Shown: piece after piece, positions 17,436 to 27,544 of the stretch
Layout: the number at the start of each line of letters is the position of its first letter
How positions within the stretch are numbered: position 1 is the first letter of the stretch
Assembly (NCBI GenBank): GCA_041649715.1
Contig: JBAZMP010000001.1
Span: 515,153 to 579,152, forward strand
DNA length: 64,000 nt
Origin: Patescibacteria group bacterium
Lineage (GTDB): Bacteria > Patescibacteriota > Patescibacteriia > JAXHNJ01
Direction of reading: 5' to 3'
The notes under the pieces: model-generated
Told to the model about the DNA's origin: nothing
Databases searched by the model: none
The model's input: only the letters and a program-made list of their open reading frames with translations
Program-made: the position numbers and the translations under genes

Positions 17436-18872
17436 TTACAAGTTTTCCAGTTTAATAAGCGCTTTTTTGACTTTATCAAGTGATTTTTGCCGGCCAAAAA
17501 TTTCGAGGATATCAAAGACATCCGGCGAAGCACGTTTGCCCGAGAGCGCCACCCGCAGGGGCCAAAGTACTTTCCCCGTCTTCAGATCATTCTCTTGAAT
17601 GTACTTTTCAAAGATTTGGCGCCAATCAGACGCTTTTAATTCAGCCTCCTTGACGTTTTCCAATTGCTTTTGGGCTAGCTTAAGGTTGCCGACTGTTTCG
17701 TTTTTATTGCTTTTTATCGGTATCAAGATTTCCGGCAAATAGTCGATCTCTTCAAAAACAAAATCGCAAAGTGAATTGATTTGTTTTAGAGTATTAATCC
17801 TTTCCTGGGCCATTCGCCAGACCTTTTCCAAGTTTATGTTCTTTTCCGTTGCCCTGGCCTGATATTCCGGTCGAAGATATGGCTGGCCAGCCTTGATCAA
17901 GCGCTCTAAAGACAGATTCCTGATATACAAACCGTTAAGCCAGAGAAGCTTGTCAAGATTAAAAACCGCTCCGGCTTTGTTTATGTTTTCTAAGGAAAAT
18001 TCCTTGATAAGCTCCTCGCGGCTGAAAAATTCCTTTTCTGTTTTGGGATTCCAGCCCAAAAAAGCGAGAAAATTCAGCATCGCTTCCGGTAGATAACCAT
18101 CCTTGATATATTGCAGGACAGAAGTCGCGCCGTGGCGTTTGGAAAGCTTTTTCTTATCATGGCCCAATATCATGGGCAGGTGGGCAAAAGCAGGCGGAGG
18201 AAATCCGAAAGCCTGGTAAAGCAAAATATGCTTGGGCGTCGAGGGCAGCCATTCTTCGGCGCGGATAACATGAGTAATGCCCATTTCATGGTCATCGACC
18301 ACCACGGCCAGGTGATAGGTGGGATAACCGTCAGATTTTAAAAGCACGGAATCATCAAGGTTATTATTTTCAAAAGAGACTATTCCCCGAATTATGTCTT
18401 TAAACTCCGTGACCCCGCTTTCCGGTATGTTCTGACGGATAACATAGGGCATCCCTTCTTTTAAATTTTTGTCAATTTCCCCCTGGTTTAATTTCAAGCA
18501 ACATTTGTCATAGCGCGGGGCCATTTTCTTTTCCGCCTGTTCGATTCTAAGCTTTTCCAGCCTGTCTTTTGAGCAAAAACAATAATAGGCCTTTTTTTCT
18601 CGTACCAGCCTTAAGGCCATTTTTTTATAGATCTCCCGCCTTTTTGACTGATAAATCGGGCCTTCGTCCCAAGCTAAACCCAGCCAGGTCAGCGCCTCCA
18701 TAATGCTTCCCACGCTTTTTTCCTGATATCTTTCCCGGTCGGTATCTTCAATGCGCAGTATAAACTGACCGCCCTCTTTTCGGGCAAACAACCAATTAAA
18801 CAGAGCGGTGCGCAATACCCCGACATGGGGTTCACCGGTGGGTGAGGGAGCGAAACGGACACGGACGCTCAT
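17436..18872 (-). CDS. gltX: Glutamate--tRNA ligase
   Basis: RFAPSPTGEPHVG (HIGH), KLSKR (KMSKS). Confidence 0.9.
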   Translation of the reverse strand: MSVRVRFAPSPTGEPHVGVLRTALFNWLFARKEGGQFILRIEDTDRERYQEKSVGSIMEALTWLGLAWDEGPIYQSKRREIYKKMALRLVREKKAYYCFCSKDRLEKLRIEQAEKKMAPRYDKCCLKLNQGEIDKNLKEGMPYVIRQNIPESGVTEFKDIIRGIVSFENNNLDDSVLLKSDGYPTYHLAVVVDDHEMGITHVIRAEEWLPSTPKHILLYQAFGFPPPAFAHLPMILGHDKKKLSKRHGATSVLQYIKDGYLPEAMLNFLAFLGWNPKTEKEFFSREELIKEFSLENINKAGAVFNLDKLLWLNGLYIRNLSLERLIKAGQPYLRPEYQARATEKNINLEKVWRMAQERINTLKQINSLCDFVFEEIDYLPEILIPIKSNKNETVGNLKLAQKQLENVKEAELKASDWRQIFEKYIQENDLKTGKVLWPLRVALSGKRASPDVFDILEIFGRQKSLDKVKKALIKLENL

Positions 18873-20008
18873 AATTTTTTTAATAAATTAATAATCTCAA
18901 AGACAACGCCCGTCGCAAAAATAAGGATATAAAAATATTTGGCGGGAGTCGGCATCCAAAAATTATAGGCGGTTTTGCCGAGACATGCTTTTTTGGCCCT
19001 TAGGCAGATCAAAAAAATCACTATCCCTTCGATACCCAGCATAAAAGCGCCGGTCACACCGATAATATTGATAAAGCTTTTCATGCCTAAAAGGTACAAA
19101 GCCAAGGGAATGAAGGTGGCGAAAAACCAGGAAAAATGCTTGGGTATGCCGTAATCATACCAGAATATTTTCTTTAGAACCAAGCCCAGGGTTATAAAAG
19201 AGGTAAAAGTGGCCAAAAAACCGAAGATATAGCTGAAAAGAATGATTTTTTCGCCCAATATACCAACCAAACCGCTGATTGCTTGCGGGGCGGTATTAAC
19301 CCCCGTGATGCCCAAAACAAGGAGAATAAATAGGATATAGAAGATGGCGGAAATAATCACGCCCCAGATCATGATTCCTTTCATTTTTGATTCTTCGCCT
19401 TTTAGCATTTCTTTTAATTCCGGCACGACCGATAAGCCCCAAAGAGAGAAAGTAAGCACGCCGAAAGGCAAAAAGATGTTTTTCGACGGAACCTTCAAAT
19501 TTTCCCAGTTAATGTGGGGAAAGCCAAAAAACATAAAAAGGATGACCAAAAGAAAAAACAAGATCATCATGATAATCTCCACCCGGGCGATCGTACGGGC
19601 GTCTTTAAAAATGAAAAAGGCGCCAAAGGCAAAATATACAAAAGCGTACAAGATCAAGGGGCCGCCCAGCAAAGGCTGAAAAAGACCGGCTAAAAATTCG
19701 CCGCCTATAATCAGATAAGAAAGGAGGGTGCCGATCAAACCCAGGGTGAGGGTGAAAAAAACGACATTTTTGGTTTTTTTGCCCAGGTACATTTCCGCAT
19801 AGCCGGGCAGACGCCTTGCGTCGCCGCTGGCCGTTACCACTTGGCCGTAAAGAAGTCCCGCCGCCAATATCGTGGAGCCGACAACTACAAAGTATATAAG
19901 CATGATCAGAAGACCGCTTTGCGAAGCAACATAAGGCAGGGCGAAAAAACCGGAGCCGATGATCGTACCGGTGAAAGTCGCCAGAGCCGAAATATATTTT
20001 TTGTTCAT
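18869..20008 (-). CDS. Amino acid permease-like multi-TM transporter (HAAAP/AAAP-like)
   Basis: 11 TM; IIGSGFFALP motif; overlaps neighbours by 4 nt. Confidence 0.5.
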   Translation of the reverse strand: MNKKYISALATFTGTIIGSGFFALPYVASQSGLLIMLIYFVVVGSTILAAGLLYGQVVTASGDARRLPGYAEMYLGKKTKNVVFFTLTLGLIGTLLSYLIIGGEFLAGLFQPLLGGPLILYAFVYFAFGAFFIFKDARTIARVEIIMMILFFLLVILFMFFGFPHINWENLKVPSKNIFLPFGVLTFSLWGLSVVPELKEMLKGEESKMKGIMIWGVIISAIFYILFILLVLGITGVNTAPQAISGLVGILGEKIILFSYIFGFLATFTSFITLGLVLKKIFWYDYGIPKHFSWFFATFIPLALYLLGMKSFINIIGVTGAFMLGIEGIVIFLICLRAKKACLGKTAYNFWMPTPAKYFYILIFATGVVFEIINLLKKL

Positions 20009-20751
20009 TTTATTTTTCTTTTATTTTTTAAAACCTCTGAGCTGAAATAGGCGGTCGCCTTGACAATGCGGGGAAAACGCCAGGGCTGACGATAAAGGCG
20101 GAAAAGCCACTCTAACCCGATTTTTCGCATGACAAGCGGGGCGCGTTTGACCTGGCCGGAAATATAATCAAAGGCCCCGCCCACGCCCATCCCTATCTTT
20201 ACCGTCTTCAATTTCGGCAAATAATGATAAAGCCATTTTTCCTGCTTAGGGGCCCCGTAAGCCACAAAAAGGATATCCGGCTTAACGCGATTTATTTTTT
20301 CAATGATAGTACTGTCCGACAAACGCCAACCCCAGCCCCGAAAACCATTGTCATATCCGGCGATTTTTAAAGAGGGATATTCTTTGATCAGCTTGATGGC
20401 GGTTTTTTCCGGCACCCTCCCCAGACCGCCGAGCAAATAAACGGAATAATTTTTTTGCGAGGCAAGCAAGCAAAGATCAAGCATTAAATCCACGCCGGTA
20501 ATCCTTTGCTTGATTTTATTTTTTAAATACAGGGAAGCCAGTATCAGGCCGAAGCCATCAGGTATAGCCAAATCGGATTTGTTCAGAATATTCCTTAGCT
20601 CTTGATTCTCTTGCGCTTGAAGCAAGATCTCGGGATTCGGCGTCGTGATCAAGTGGGGTCGGTCGCTCTTTAAAAAAAATCCCAGATCCTCCAGTATTTC
20701 CTTTTTTGGCTTGCTGTCAATGTCAACGCCTAATATATTTACTTTTGGCAT
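20005..20751 (-). CDS. WecB/TagA/CpsF family glycosyltransferase
   Basis: FVAYGAPKQEKW...GMGVGGAFD motifs. Confidence 0.8.
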   Translation of the reverse strand: MPKVNILGVDIDSKPKKEILEDLGFFLKSDRPHLITTPNPEILLQAQENQELRNILNKSDLAIPDGFGLILASLYLKNKIKQRITGVDLMLDLCLLASQKNYSVYLLGGLGRVPEKTAIKLIKEYPSLKIAGYDNGFRGWGWRLSDSTIIEKINRVKPDILFVAYGAPKQEKWLYHYLPKLKTVKIGMGVGGAFDYISGQVKRAPLVMRKIGLEWLFRLYRQPWRFPRIVKATAYFSSEVLKNKRKIK

Positions 20752-21362
20752 AAATTAAACGACTGGATGATTTTATAATTGGCGCCCTCCTTTGATAGAT
20801 CGCTTTTCATCAGTTCAAGGCTGGCCACTTTTTGCCGGCCGGAAATGCTCATACCCCTTAAAAATGAAAGGTCTCCGGCAAAACCTCTGGCGCGGGCGAG
20901 CGTTAAATGAGGTATGAATGCCCTAGTTTCCTCGTCCCCTATTTTTAATAAATTAAAAACTGAATTTATCTCTCCATACAATCTTGTTAAAGCGGGATTA
21001 TTTCTTATTCCAATGCCCAAGATTTTGCTCTGATAAAATGAGGGAAGGGCCACCAATCCGTCATATTCCAAGGCAAACGGCGTAATATTGGCCGCAATTT
21101 TACCCAGGCTACTCTCGGTTTCTTGTCTCTCCCGAAGGGAAATATCGCCCAAAAATCTTAAAGTAAGATGGATATTATCACTTTCAACAAACTTGAATCC
21201 GGGTAAATCTTTTTTAAGAGCGAGCGAAAAATCACCAATTTTTCTTTTTTCTTCAGGACTTAAATTTAGGGCCACAAAACATCGCATCAGCATAATTGAA
21301 TTATAACAAATTTTTGCCTTTTTGTAAATCTGCTTTAAAATGCTATAATATAATCCAGGCAT
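20739..21362 (-). CDS. 2'-5' RNA ligase / 2H phosphoesterase (LigT/ThpR). The real start is probably the internal Met near 21287.
   Basis: Two HxT/S motifs (HLTLRF, HLTLAR). Confidence 0.65.
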   Translation of the reverse strand: MPGLYYSILKQIYKKAKICYNSIMLMRCFVALNLSPEEKRKIGDFSLALKKDLPGFKFVESDNIHLTLRFLGDISLRERQETESSLGKIAANITPFALEYDGLVALPSFYQSKILGIGIRNNPALTRLYGEINSVFNLLKIGDEETRAFIPHLTLARARGFAGDLSFLRGMSISGRQKVASLELMKSDLSKEGANYKIIQSFNLCQK

Positions 21363-22377
21363 GAAAGAGGCATATCTATATCAAAAACTAAAGAATAAGA
21401 CGATAAAATGTCGGCTTTGTCAGCATGGCTGCCTGATTACGCTTGGACAACGCGGTCTTTGCGGTGTGAGAGAGAACAAAAGCGGCGTCCTTTATTCTTT
21501 GGTTTATGCTCAGGCGATCAGTGAAGCGGTAGACCCAATTGAAAAAAAACCATTTTTTCATTTCTTGCCTGGAAGTATGGCCTTGTCCGTCGCCACTTTA
21601 GGCTGTAATTTACGCTGTGATAATTGCCAAAACTGGCCGATTTCCCAAGGAGTTAAAACAGCCGGGAAAATCGTCGGCCAAGACTTACCGCCGGAAAAGA
21701 TCATTGAGGATGCCTTAAAAAACAAGTGCGCTTCTATCGCTTATACTTACACGGAACCGACCATATTTTTTGAATACGCCCTCGACACGATGAAATTAGC
21801 CAAGAAGAAAGGATTAAAAAATTTATTTGTCTCCAACGGCTACATGTCTGATGACTGCCTTAAAATGGCCGATGGATATCTTGATGCTATAAACGTTGAT
21901 TTAAAATTTTTCGATGATCAAGCATACGTCAAAAACTGCGGCGCTCACCTCCCCCCCATCTTGCATAATTTGACCACCCTAAAAAAAATGGGCGTCTGGC
22001 TGGAAATCACCACTCTTGTAATTCCCACTCTTTCTGATTCGACGGCCATGTTTGAACAGATGTCAGAATTCATCCGCCACGAATTAGGACCGGAAGTTCC
22101 CTGGCATCTCTCCCGTTTTTCTGGCTCAATATCTTATAAGCTTGGAAACATTCCCGACACGCCGGTGGACACCTTAGTCAGGGCCAGAAAGATTGGTCTT
22201 AAAAACGGGCTTCGATACGTCTATATCGGTAATGTCGTTGGAGAAGGAGAAAACACCCAATGTCCTAAATGCCGAGCCTTAGTCATTAAGCGTTTCGGCT
22301 ATGACATAGAAAGAAAAGATAAACAAGGTCGCTGCCCGGAATGCGGCCGAAAATTAGAAGGGAAAATAATAAAATGA
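21361..22377 (+). CDS. amrS: AmmeMemoRadiSam system radical SAM enzyme
   Basis: CxxxCxxC-like cluster CNLRCDNCQNW plus N-terminal CRLCQHGC; the partners amrA/amrB lie downstream. Confidence 0.75.
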   Translation: MKEAYLYQKLKNKTIKCRLCQHGCLITLGQRGLCGVRENKSGVLYSLVYAQAISEAVDPIEKKPFFHFLPGSMALSVATLGCNLRCDNCQNWPISQGVKTAGKIVGQDLPPEKIIEDALKNKCASIAYTYTEPTIFFEYALDTMKLAKKKGLKNLFVSNGYMSDDCLKMADGYLDAINVDLKFFDDQAYVKNCGAHLPPILHNLTTLKKMGVWLEITTLVIPTLSDSTAMFEQMSEFIRHELGPEVPWHLSRFSGSISYKLGNIPDTPVDTLVRARKIGLKNGLRYVYIGNVVGEGENTQCPKCRALVIKRFGYDIERKDKQGRCPECGRKLEGKIIK

Positions 22378-23747
22378 AAAAAATATCTCTAATTATCTGT
22401 CTTTTTGCTCTTTTTCTTCCCCAAAGCCTCATGGCCCTGAGTTTTGATAAAAATAATATTATCTCCGATTCAGATCTGACTGATGGATCAGCGATGTCTT
22501 TAAATAGGATCCAAGATTTTCTCAACCGTCAAACCGGTACCTTGAAACAATACCGCTCAAGCGTCGACGGAGTGGCTAAAAACGCCAGTCAGATAATCTA
22601 TGACTTTTCCGTAAGCTATGATATCAACCCAAAATTCATCCTGGCCACGCTCCAAAAAGAACAAAGCCTGGTGACGGATTCAACGCCATCCACCGATCAG
22701 TATGATTGGGCTATGGGCTACGGCGTCTGCGACAGCTGCTCGAAAAGCGACCCCGCCCTCCAAGTATACAGGGGTTTTTCCAATCAATTGTCCTACGCCG
22801 TTCAGCGTCTAAGGGGAGATTATTATTTAGGCGGTTTGGAAAAATACGGACACACGATTTCCGGCTGGGGTCCGGGGATCACGAAAATGGTTGACGGTCA
22901 GTCAGTAACCCCCGTAAATAACGCCACGGCCGTCCTCTATACCTATACTCCGCATATTTCCGGAAATTTATCCTTTTGGAATATCTGGACGCGCTGGTTC
23001 GTTAAAAGATACCCCAACGGCTCTCTTCTGCGGGTCAGGGGTGAGTCTGGTATTTGGCTAATACGAAACAACAAAAGATATAATTTTGTTTCCCGATCCG
23101 CTTTTTTATCGAGTTACAGTTTTGATAAAGTAATCGACGTTTCCATAAATGATATAATGGCCTATGATTACGGCGCGCCGATCAAATTCGCCGATTTCAG
23201 CCTTTTGCAGGCCCCTTCCGGCGGAGTTTACCTCCTTGTTAACGGAGAAAAGAGACCGATAACTTCGCGCGAAGCTTTCCGCAATTTAGGCTACAGCCCG
23301 GAAGAAACCGTTATGGTTACCTGGGAAGACTTGGCCGCCTATCCAGCCGGTGAGAAAATAACGCTTGATACGACAAATCCATCCGGCGTTCTTTTACAGG
23401 TCAAAGAAACCGGCGGTATCTATTATATTGAAAAAGGGGTCAAGCGGGCCATTTTTTCTCGGGAAATATTAAACTCGCAGTTCGCCAAGCGCCGATGGAC
23501 AACCGTCCCCGGAGCCGAATTGGATAAATACCCGACTGGCGAGCCGGTTAAATTCCGCGACGGCGAATTGGTAACCTCACCATCGGCCAATGGCGTATAT
23601 CTGATCGCCGACGGCCAAAAACACGGGATCAGATCGCCAGAAATTTTCAATCAGATGGGTTTTAAATGGACTAATATCATAAGAACCACGGACCGGGCCT
23701 TGGAAATTCATCCTTTGGGCGATCCCATTGATTATTTAACTCAATAA
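22374..23747 (+). CDS. Secreted protein with C-terminal about 55-aa triplicated repeat, inserted inside the amr cluster
   Basis: ATGA overlap with the amrS stop; signal peptide MKKISLIICLFALFLPQSLMA; repeats GGVYLLVNGEKRPITSREAF / GGIYYIEKGVKRAIFSREIL / NGVYLIADGQKHGIRSPEIF. Confidence 0.5.
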   Translation: MKKISLIICLFALFLPQSLMALSFDKNNIISDSDLTDGSAMSLNRIQDFLNRQTGTLKQYRSSVDGVAKNASQIIYDFSVSYDINPKFILATLQKEQSLVTDSTPSTDQYDWAMGYGVCDSCSKSDPALQVYRGFSNQLSYAVQRLRGDYYLGGLEKYGHTISGWGPGITKMVDGQSVTPVNNATAVLYTYTPHISGNLSFWNIWTRWFVKRYPNGSLLRVRGESGIWLIRNNKRYNFVSRSAFLSSYSFDKVIDVSINDIMAYDYGAPIKFADFSLLQAPSGGVYLLVNGEKRPITSREAFRNLGYSPEETVMVTWEDLAAYPAGEKITLDTTNPSGVLLQVKETGGIYYIEKGVKRAIFSREILNSQFAKRRWTTVPGAELDKYPTGEPVKFRDGELVTSPSANGVYLIADGQKHGIRSPEIFNQMGFKWTNIIRTTDRALEIHPLGDPIDYLTQ

Positions 23748-23752
23748 ATATT

Positions 23753-24544
23753 GTGCTTACTTTTGCTTCTATTTGCCCCCATCCGCCCCTCTTAATACCT
23801 AATATAGGGCAGGAAAATATAAAACAAGTGGTTAAGACCCAAAAATCCCTGGAAAAACTGGAGGAAATTTTTTACGCCTCAAAACCTGATGCCGTCGTTA
23901 TTATTTCCCCCCACGCCCCTCTTATACCCGAGTCATTTGGCATAAACATTGCGGAAAAATTTACCGGTGATTTTCAGGAATTCGGGGATTTCAGCCTGAA
24001 GCTAAAATATAAATCGGATCAGGCCTTTGCCCATCGTTTACGAGAACGCGTGGAAAAAAATCAGTTTCCCTCGGTTTTGATCAATCAAGAAAACCTTGAT
24101 CATGGTAATTTGGTCCCCCTTTATTACCTGACTAGGCATTTACCAAACCTGCCTTTAATTCCCCTGAGCTTTTCTCTTCTTGATCTAAAAACCCACTATG
24201 ACTATGGCCGGATTATTTCCGAGGAAATACATGCCACCAACCGGAGAATCGCGGTTATCGCTTCCGGCGATCTTTCCCATCGGTTGATTCCGTCGGCCCC
24301 GGCCGGCTATTCCCAAAAAGGGAAAGTTTTCGATAAAAAACTCATCGAACTCATCCAAAAAAGGGAGGCCGAGGAAATAATACGCCTCGATCCCCTTTTA
24401 ATCGAAGAAGCCGGAGAATGCGGCCTACGTTCAATTTTAATTCTCCTGGGCTGTCTAAATCAGAAAGAATATACTCCGGAAATCCTTTCCTATGAAGGAC
24501 CTTTTGGCGTCGGTTATTTAGTGGCCAATTTCCGTCTAGGTTGA
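23753..24544 (+). CDS. amrB: AmmeMemoRadiSam system protein B (MEMO1/LigB-superfamily)
   Basis: ISPHAPL...ASGDLSHR motifs; position between amrS and amrA. Confidence 0.55.
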   Translation: MLTFASICPHPPLLIPNIGQENIKQVVKTQKSLEKLEEIFYASKPDAVVIISPHAPLIPESFGINIAEKFTGDFQEFGDFSLKLKYKSDQAFAHRLRERVEKNQFPSVLINQENLDHGNLVPLYYLTRHLPNLPLIPLSFSLLDLKTHYDYGRIISEEIHATNRRIAVIASGDLSHRLIPSAPAGYSQKGKVFDKKLIELIQKREAEEIIRLDPLLIEEAGECGLRSILILLGCLNQKEYTPEILSYEGPFGVGYLVANFRLG

Positions 24545-24596
24545 ATATGCTATTTGGCCGAAAATATTATTTAATTTTTGGGTATCATTAACCAAA

Positions 24597-25115
24597 ATGG
24601 ATGAATATGTCAAATTAGCCAGGAACTCGCTGGAAACCTATATAAGGACCGGCCAGATAATAAGTCTCCCGGCGGATATTCCGTCAGAAATGAAGGAAAA
24701 AAAAGCCGGCGTTTTTGTTTCTTTACACAAAAAATCCAGCCGTGAATTGCGCGGTTGTATCGGCACCTTTTTGCCGACTAAAAAAAACGTGGCTCATGAG
24801 ATTATCAGTAACGCGGTCAGCGCGGCGGTTGACGACCCCCGCTTTAATCCCCTTACTCCGAAGGAACTGACCGATTTAGAAATAAATGTTGATGTTTTGA
24901 GCGAGCCGGAGAAAATCGAAAGCCAAAAAGAACTAAACCCAAAAATATACGGAGTAATCGTAAAATCAGCCGATGGACGCGCCGGCTTGCTTCTGCCGGA
25001 TATCGAAGGTGTGCGCACCGTCAACGACCAAATATCGATCGCCTGCCAAAAAGCGGGTATCTCTAGCCAGGAGAAAATTTCACTTTACCGGTTCACCGTT
25101 AGCAGGCACAAATGA
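24597..25115 (+). CDS. amrA: AmmeMemoRadiSam system protein A (AMMECR1 domain)
   Basis: RGCIG motif. Confidence 0.8.
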   Translation: MDEYVKLARNSLETYIRTGQIISLPADIPSEMKEKKAGVFVSLHKKSSRELRGCIGTFLPTKKNVAHEIISNAVSAAVDDPRFNPLTPKELTDLEINVDVLSEPEKIESQKELNPKIYGVIVKSADGRAGLLLPDIEGVRTVNDQISIACQKAGISSQEKISLYRFTVSRHK

Positions 25116-27010
25116 ACATGTTCGCCGAAATATTACCATTACGAAAAATGCCTAAAAATCTGGATTATTTTGATTACCGGGTGCCTTTTGATTTATCAGG
25201 TAAAATAAAGCTTGGCCAGGAAGTGATAATCCCCTTTAGAAATCTAAACATACGCGGAATCGTCTATAAATTCAAAGATGCGACAAATTATAAAAATATC
25301 CGTGAAATCAAAGAGATTGTCCAGAGCGAACCGGTCTTGACGGCCGGTCAGATCAAACTGGCGACCTTTGTCTCTGATTACTATCTTACTTCCCTGCCCA
25401 CTGTTTTAAAACAGATCGCCCCGCCCTTTTTATCAAAACCGCGCCCGGTGAAAAGTGCGTCTGTCAAATCGATTTCCGCCCCCGTCTGTCCGGCTGAAAT
25501 TGCCTCTTTAGCCCAAAAAGTTACGGCTAGCCGGCAAAAAAAGTATCTTTTCTTTTATCGACATCCTGAAAACAATATTTCTTTCTTTCTCAATCTTATT
25601 GAAAATTTTATAAAGAAACAAAGCCAGATTTTGATCGTTTTTCCGGAAATAATTGACATCGAGAATTTTAAGCGCCGCGTGCCGGAAAAATATCAGGCAA
25701 AAACTATCGTTATTCACCGCCGGCTTTCGTCCTCTGCATATCTTAAAAATTACTGGCTGATCAAAAACAAGGCTGTAAACCTCATATTGGGCACGCCAAT
25801 CAGCGTTTTTCTTCCCTTCAAAAAACTTGGATTGATTATTATTGATCAGTCAGAAAATCAGAATCACAAACAGTACGATCAAAATCCGCGTTTTAACGCC
25901 AAAAAAATCGCGGAAAAGATGGCCGAAACGACCCCGGCAAAAGTGGTATTTTCAAGCGTTTCTCCCGACATCGAGACATTTAATAAGACGGTAAAAAATG
26001 AATTCAAGCGATTAAACGCCCCGCCCTGCCCCGGCCGTGTAAAATTAGTGGATTTGAGAAAAAGTCGTTCTGATCAGGCGATCTCCCCGGTTTTACTAGA
26101 TGAAATTAAAAAAACTTTGTCCGCCAAGGGAAAACTCCTGCTGTTTTTAAATCGCCGCGGTTTTAGCCGCTCCTTGGTCTGTCTTGATTGCGGTCAAACG
26201 TTGAAATGCCCGTTTTGTGATCTGCCCTTCATCCTCCACCAGGAGGGAAACGGCTATTATTTGCTTTGCCATCGTTGTGGCCGAAAGGAAAAGAGCCTTT
26301 CTGTTTGTCCGGTCTGCCGGGGAACACGCCTTAAAAACATCGGAATCGGCACGGAAAAAGTCGAAAGCGAATTAAGAGTTCTTTTTCCCGGGGCAAAAAT
26401 AGGCCGTTTTGAGGAAAAGCTGCCGAAAAACTTATCCCTTACCCGTCTTGATATAATAATTACGACTCAATTGGTCTTTAAACGCCTTGATTGGCAAAAA
26501 ATAAGCCTTATCGGAGTTGTTTCGGCGGATACCATCTTAAATCTACCAGATTATCGCGCCCAGGAAAAAACCTTCCAGCAACTTACCCGTTTATTATCAT
26601 ATTCGCTGATTAATAAAAACTGCCGTTTGGTCATACAGACATATCATCCGGATAATCCGGCCATAAAATATTTTCCCGACCAATTTGAAATATTTTTCCG
26701 CCAGGATTTAAAAATGAGAAAAGATTATTTTTATCCCCCTTTTTCAAAAATTGCGAAATTAACTTGTCAGCATAAAGACAGCCGGCAAGCTTTGGCCCAA
26801 GCGAGAATAGTTTACGAAAATCTAATTAAACTGACCGATTTTTCCATCTCCCCGCCTTTGCCCGCTTTTATTTTCAGGCAATATGGAAATTTCCGTTATC
26901 AGTTGATTATTAAAATTCCGCTCGCCACGCCGCTAAAATCACTAAAAGATATGCTTAAGATTGTGCCGGATAATTGGCTGATAGATGTTGATCCGGAAAA
27001 TCTGCTCTAA
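25112..27010 (+). CDS. priA: Primosomal protein N' (PriA)-like with degenerate Walker A/B
   Basis: Cys4+Cys4 zinc region CLDCG...CPFC...CHRCG...CPVCRG; GxGKT replaced by RHPENNIS and DEEH by DQSE. Confidence 0.6.
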   Translation: MNMFAEILPLRKMPKNLDYFDYRVPFDLSGKIKLGQEVIIPFRNLNIRGIVYKFKDATNYKNIREIKEIVQSEPVLTAGQIKLATFVSDYYLTSLPTVLKQIAPPFLSKPRPVKSASVKSISAPVCPAEIASLAQKVTASRQKKYLFFYRHPENNISFFLNLIENFIKKQSQILIVFPEIIDIENFKRRVPEKYQAKTIVIHRRLSSSAYLKNYWLIKNKAVNLILGTPISVFLPFKKLGLIIIDQSENQNHKQYDQNPRFNAKKIAEKMAETTPAKVVFSSVSPDIETFNKTVKNEFKRLNAPPCPGRVKLVDLRKSRSDQAISPVLLDEIKKTLSAKGKLLLFLNRRGFSRSLVCLDCGQTLKCPFCDLPFILHQEGNGYYLLCHRCGRKEKSLSVCPVCRGTRLKNIGIGTEKVESELRVLFPGAKIGRFEEKLPKNLSLTRLDIIITTQLVFKRLDWQKISLIGVVSADTILNLPDYRAQEKTFQQLTRLLSYSLINKNCRLVIQTYHPDNPAIKYFPDQFEIFFRQDLKMRKDYFYPPFSKIAKLTCQHKDSRQALAQARIVYENLIKLTDFSISPPLPAFIFRQYGNFRYQLIIKIPLATPLKSLKDMLKIVPDNWLIDVDPENLL

Positions 27011-27067
27011 TCGCCTTGAAATATCCTGATATTTTGTTATACTATAAGCGATTTTAAAGACAGATTT

Positions 27068-27544
27068 ATGGCCAAACTAAACATTCAAAAAGAGGGCTCC
27101 CCGATTTTAAGAAAAAAAGCGGAGTCCGTTAAAATTATAGACGCAGGCGTTTTAAAGTTATCGGCGGACATGCTGGAGACGCTGGATAAAGAAAACGGTC
27201 TTGGCTTGGCTGCCCCACAGATCGGCAAATCTCTCCGGGTAATCTGTGTTAAAAGTAAGGAGGGAGGTCTTATCTTCGTCAATCCCGAAATTACAAAAAA
27301 ATCGTTCAGAAAAAACACCGCCGAAGAAGGCTGTCTGAGCATTCCGGGGATTTTTGGCTACGTAAAAAGGCATAATTCTATCGTCCTGGAAGCGGACAGC
27401 CTGGAAAGGACAAGAATAAAATTAAAAGCCAAGGGTCTGATGGCCCGCGTCATCCAACACGAGTTAGATCACCTTTCAGGCATACTCTTCACCGACAAAG
27501 TGGAAAAAAAACATAAAGGCAATAAAGATGAAAGAAAAATCTAG
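27068..27544 (+). CDS. def: Peptide deformylase
   Basis: GLAAPQIG, EGCLS, QHELDH. Confidence 0.9.
   Translation: MAKLNIQKEGSPILRKKAESVKIIDAGVLKLSADMLETLDKENGLGLAAPQIGKSLRVICVKSKEGGLIFVNPEITKKSFRKNTAEEGCLSIPGIFGYVKRHNSIVLEADSLERTRIKLKAKGLMARVIQHELDHLSGILFTDKVEKKHKGNKDERKI

Noticed and set aside
20739-21362. Full-length LigT ORF starting at 21362
   Set aside because: This is not fully rejected. The first 25 codons overlap the divergent amrS promoter region and have no RBS, so the internal Met near 21287 (MRCFVALN) is the likelier start. The ORF coordinates are kept in the feature list with this caveat.
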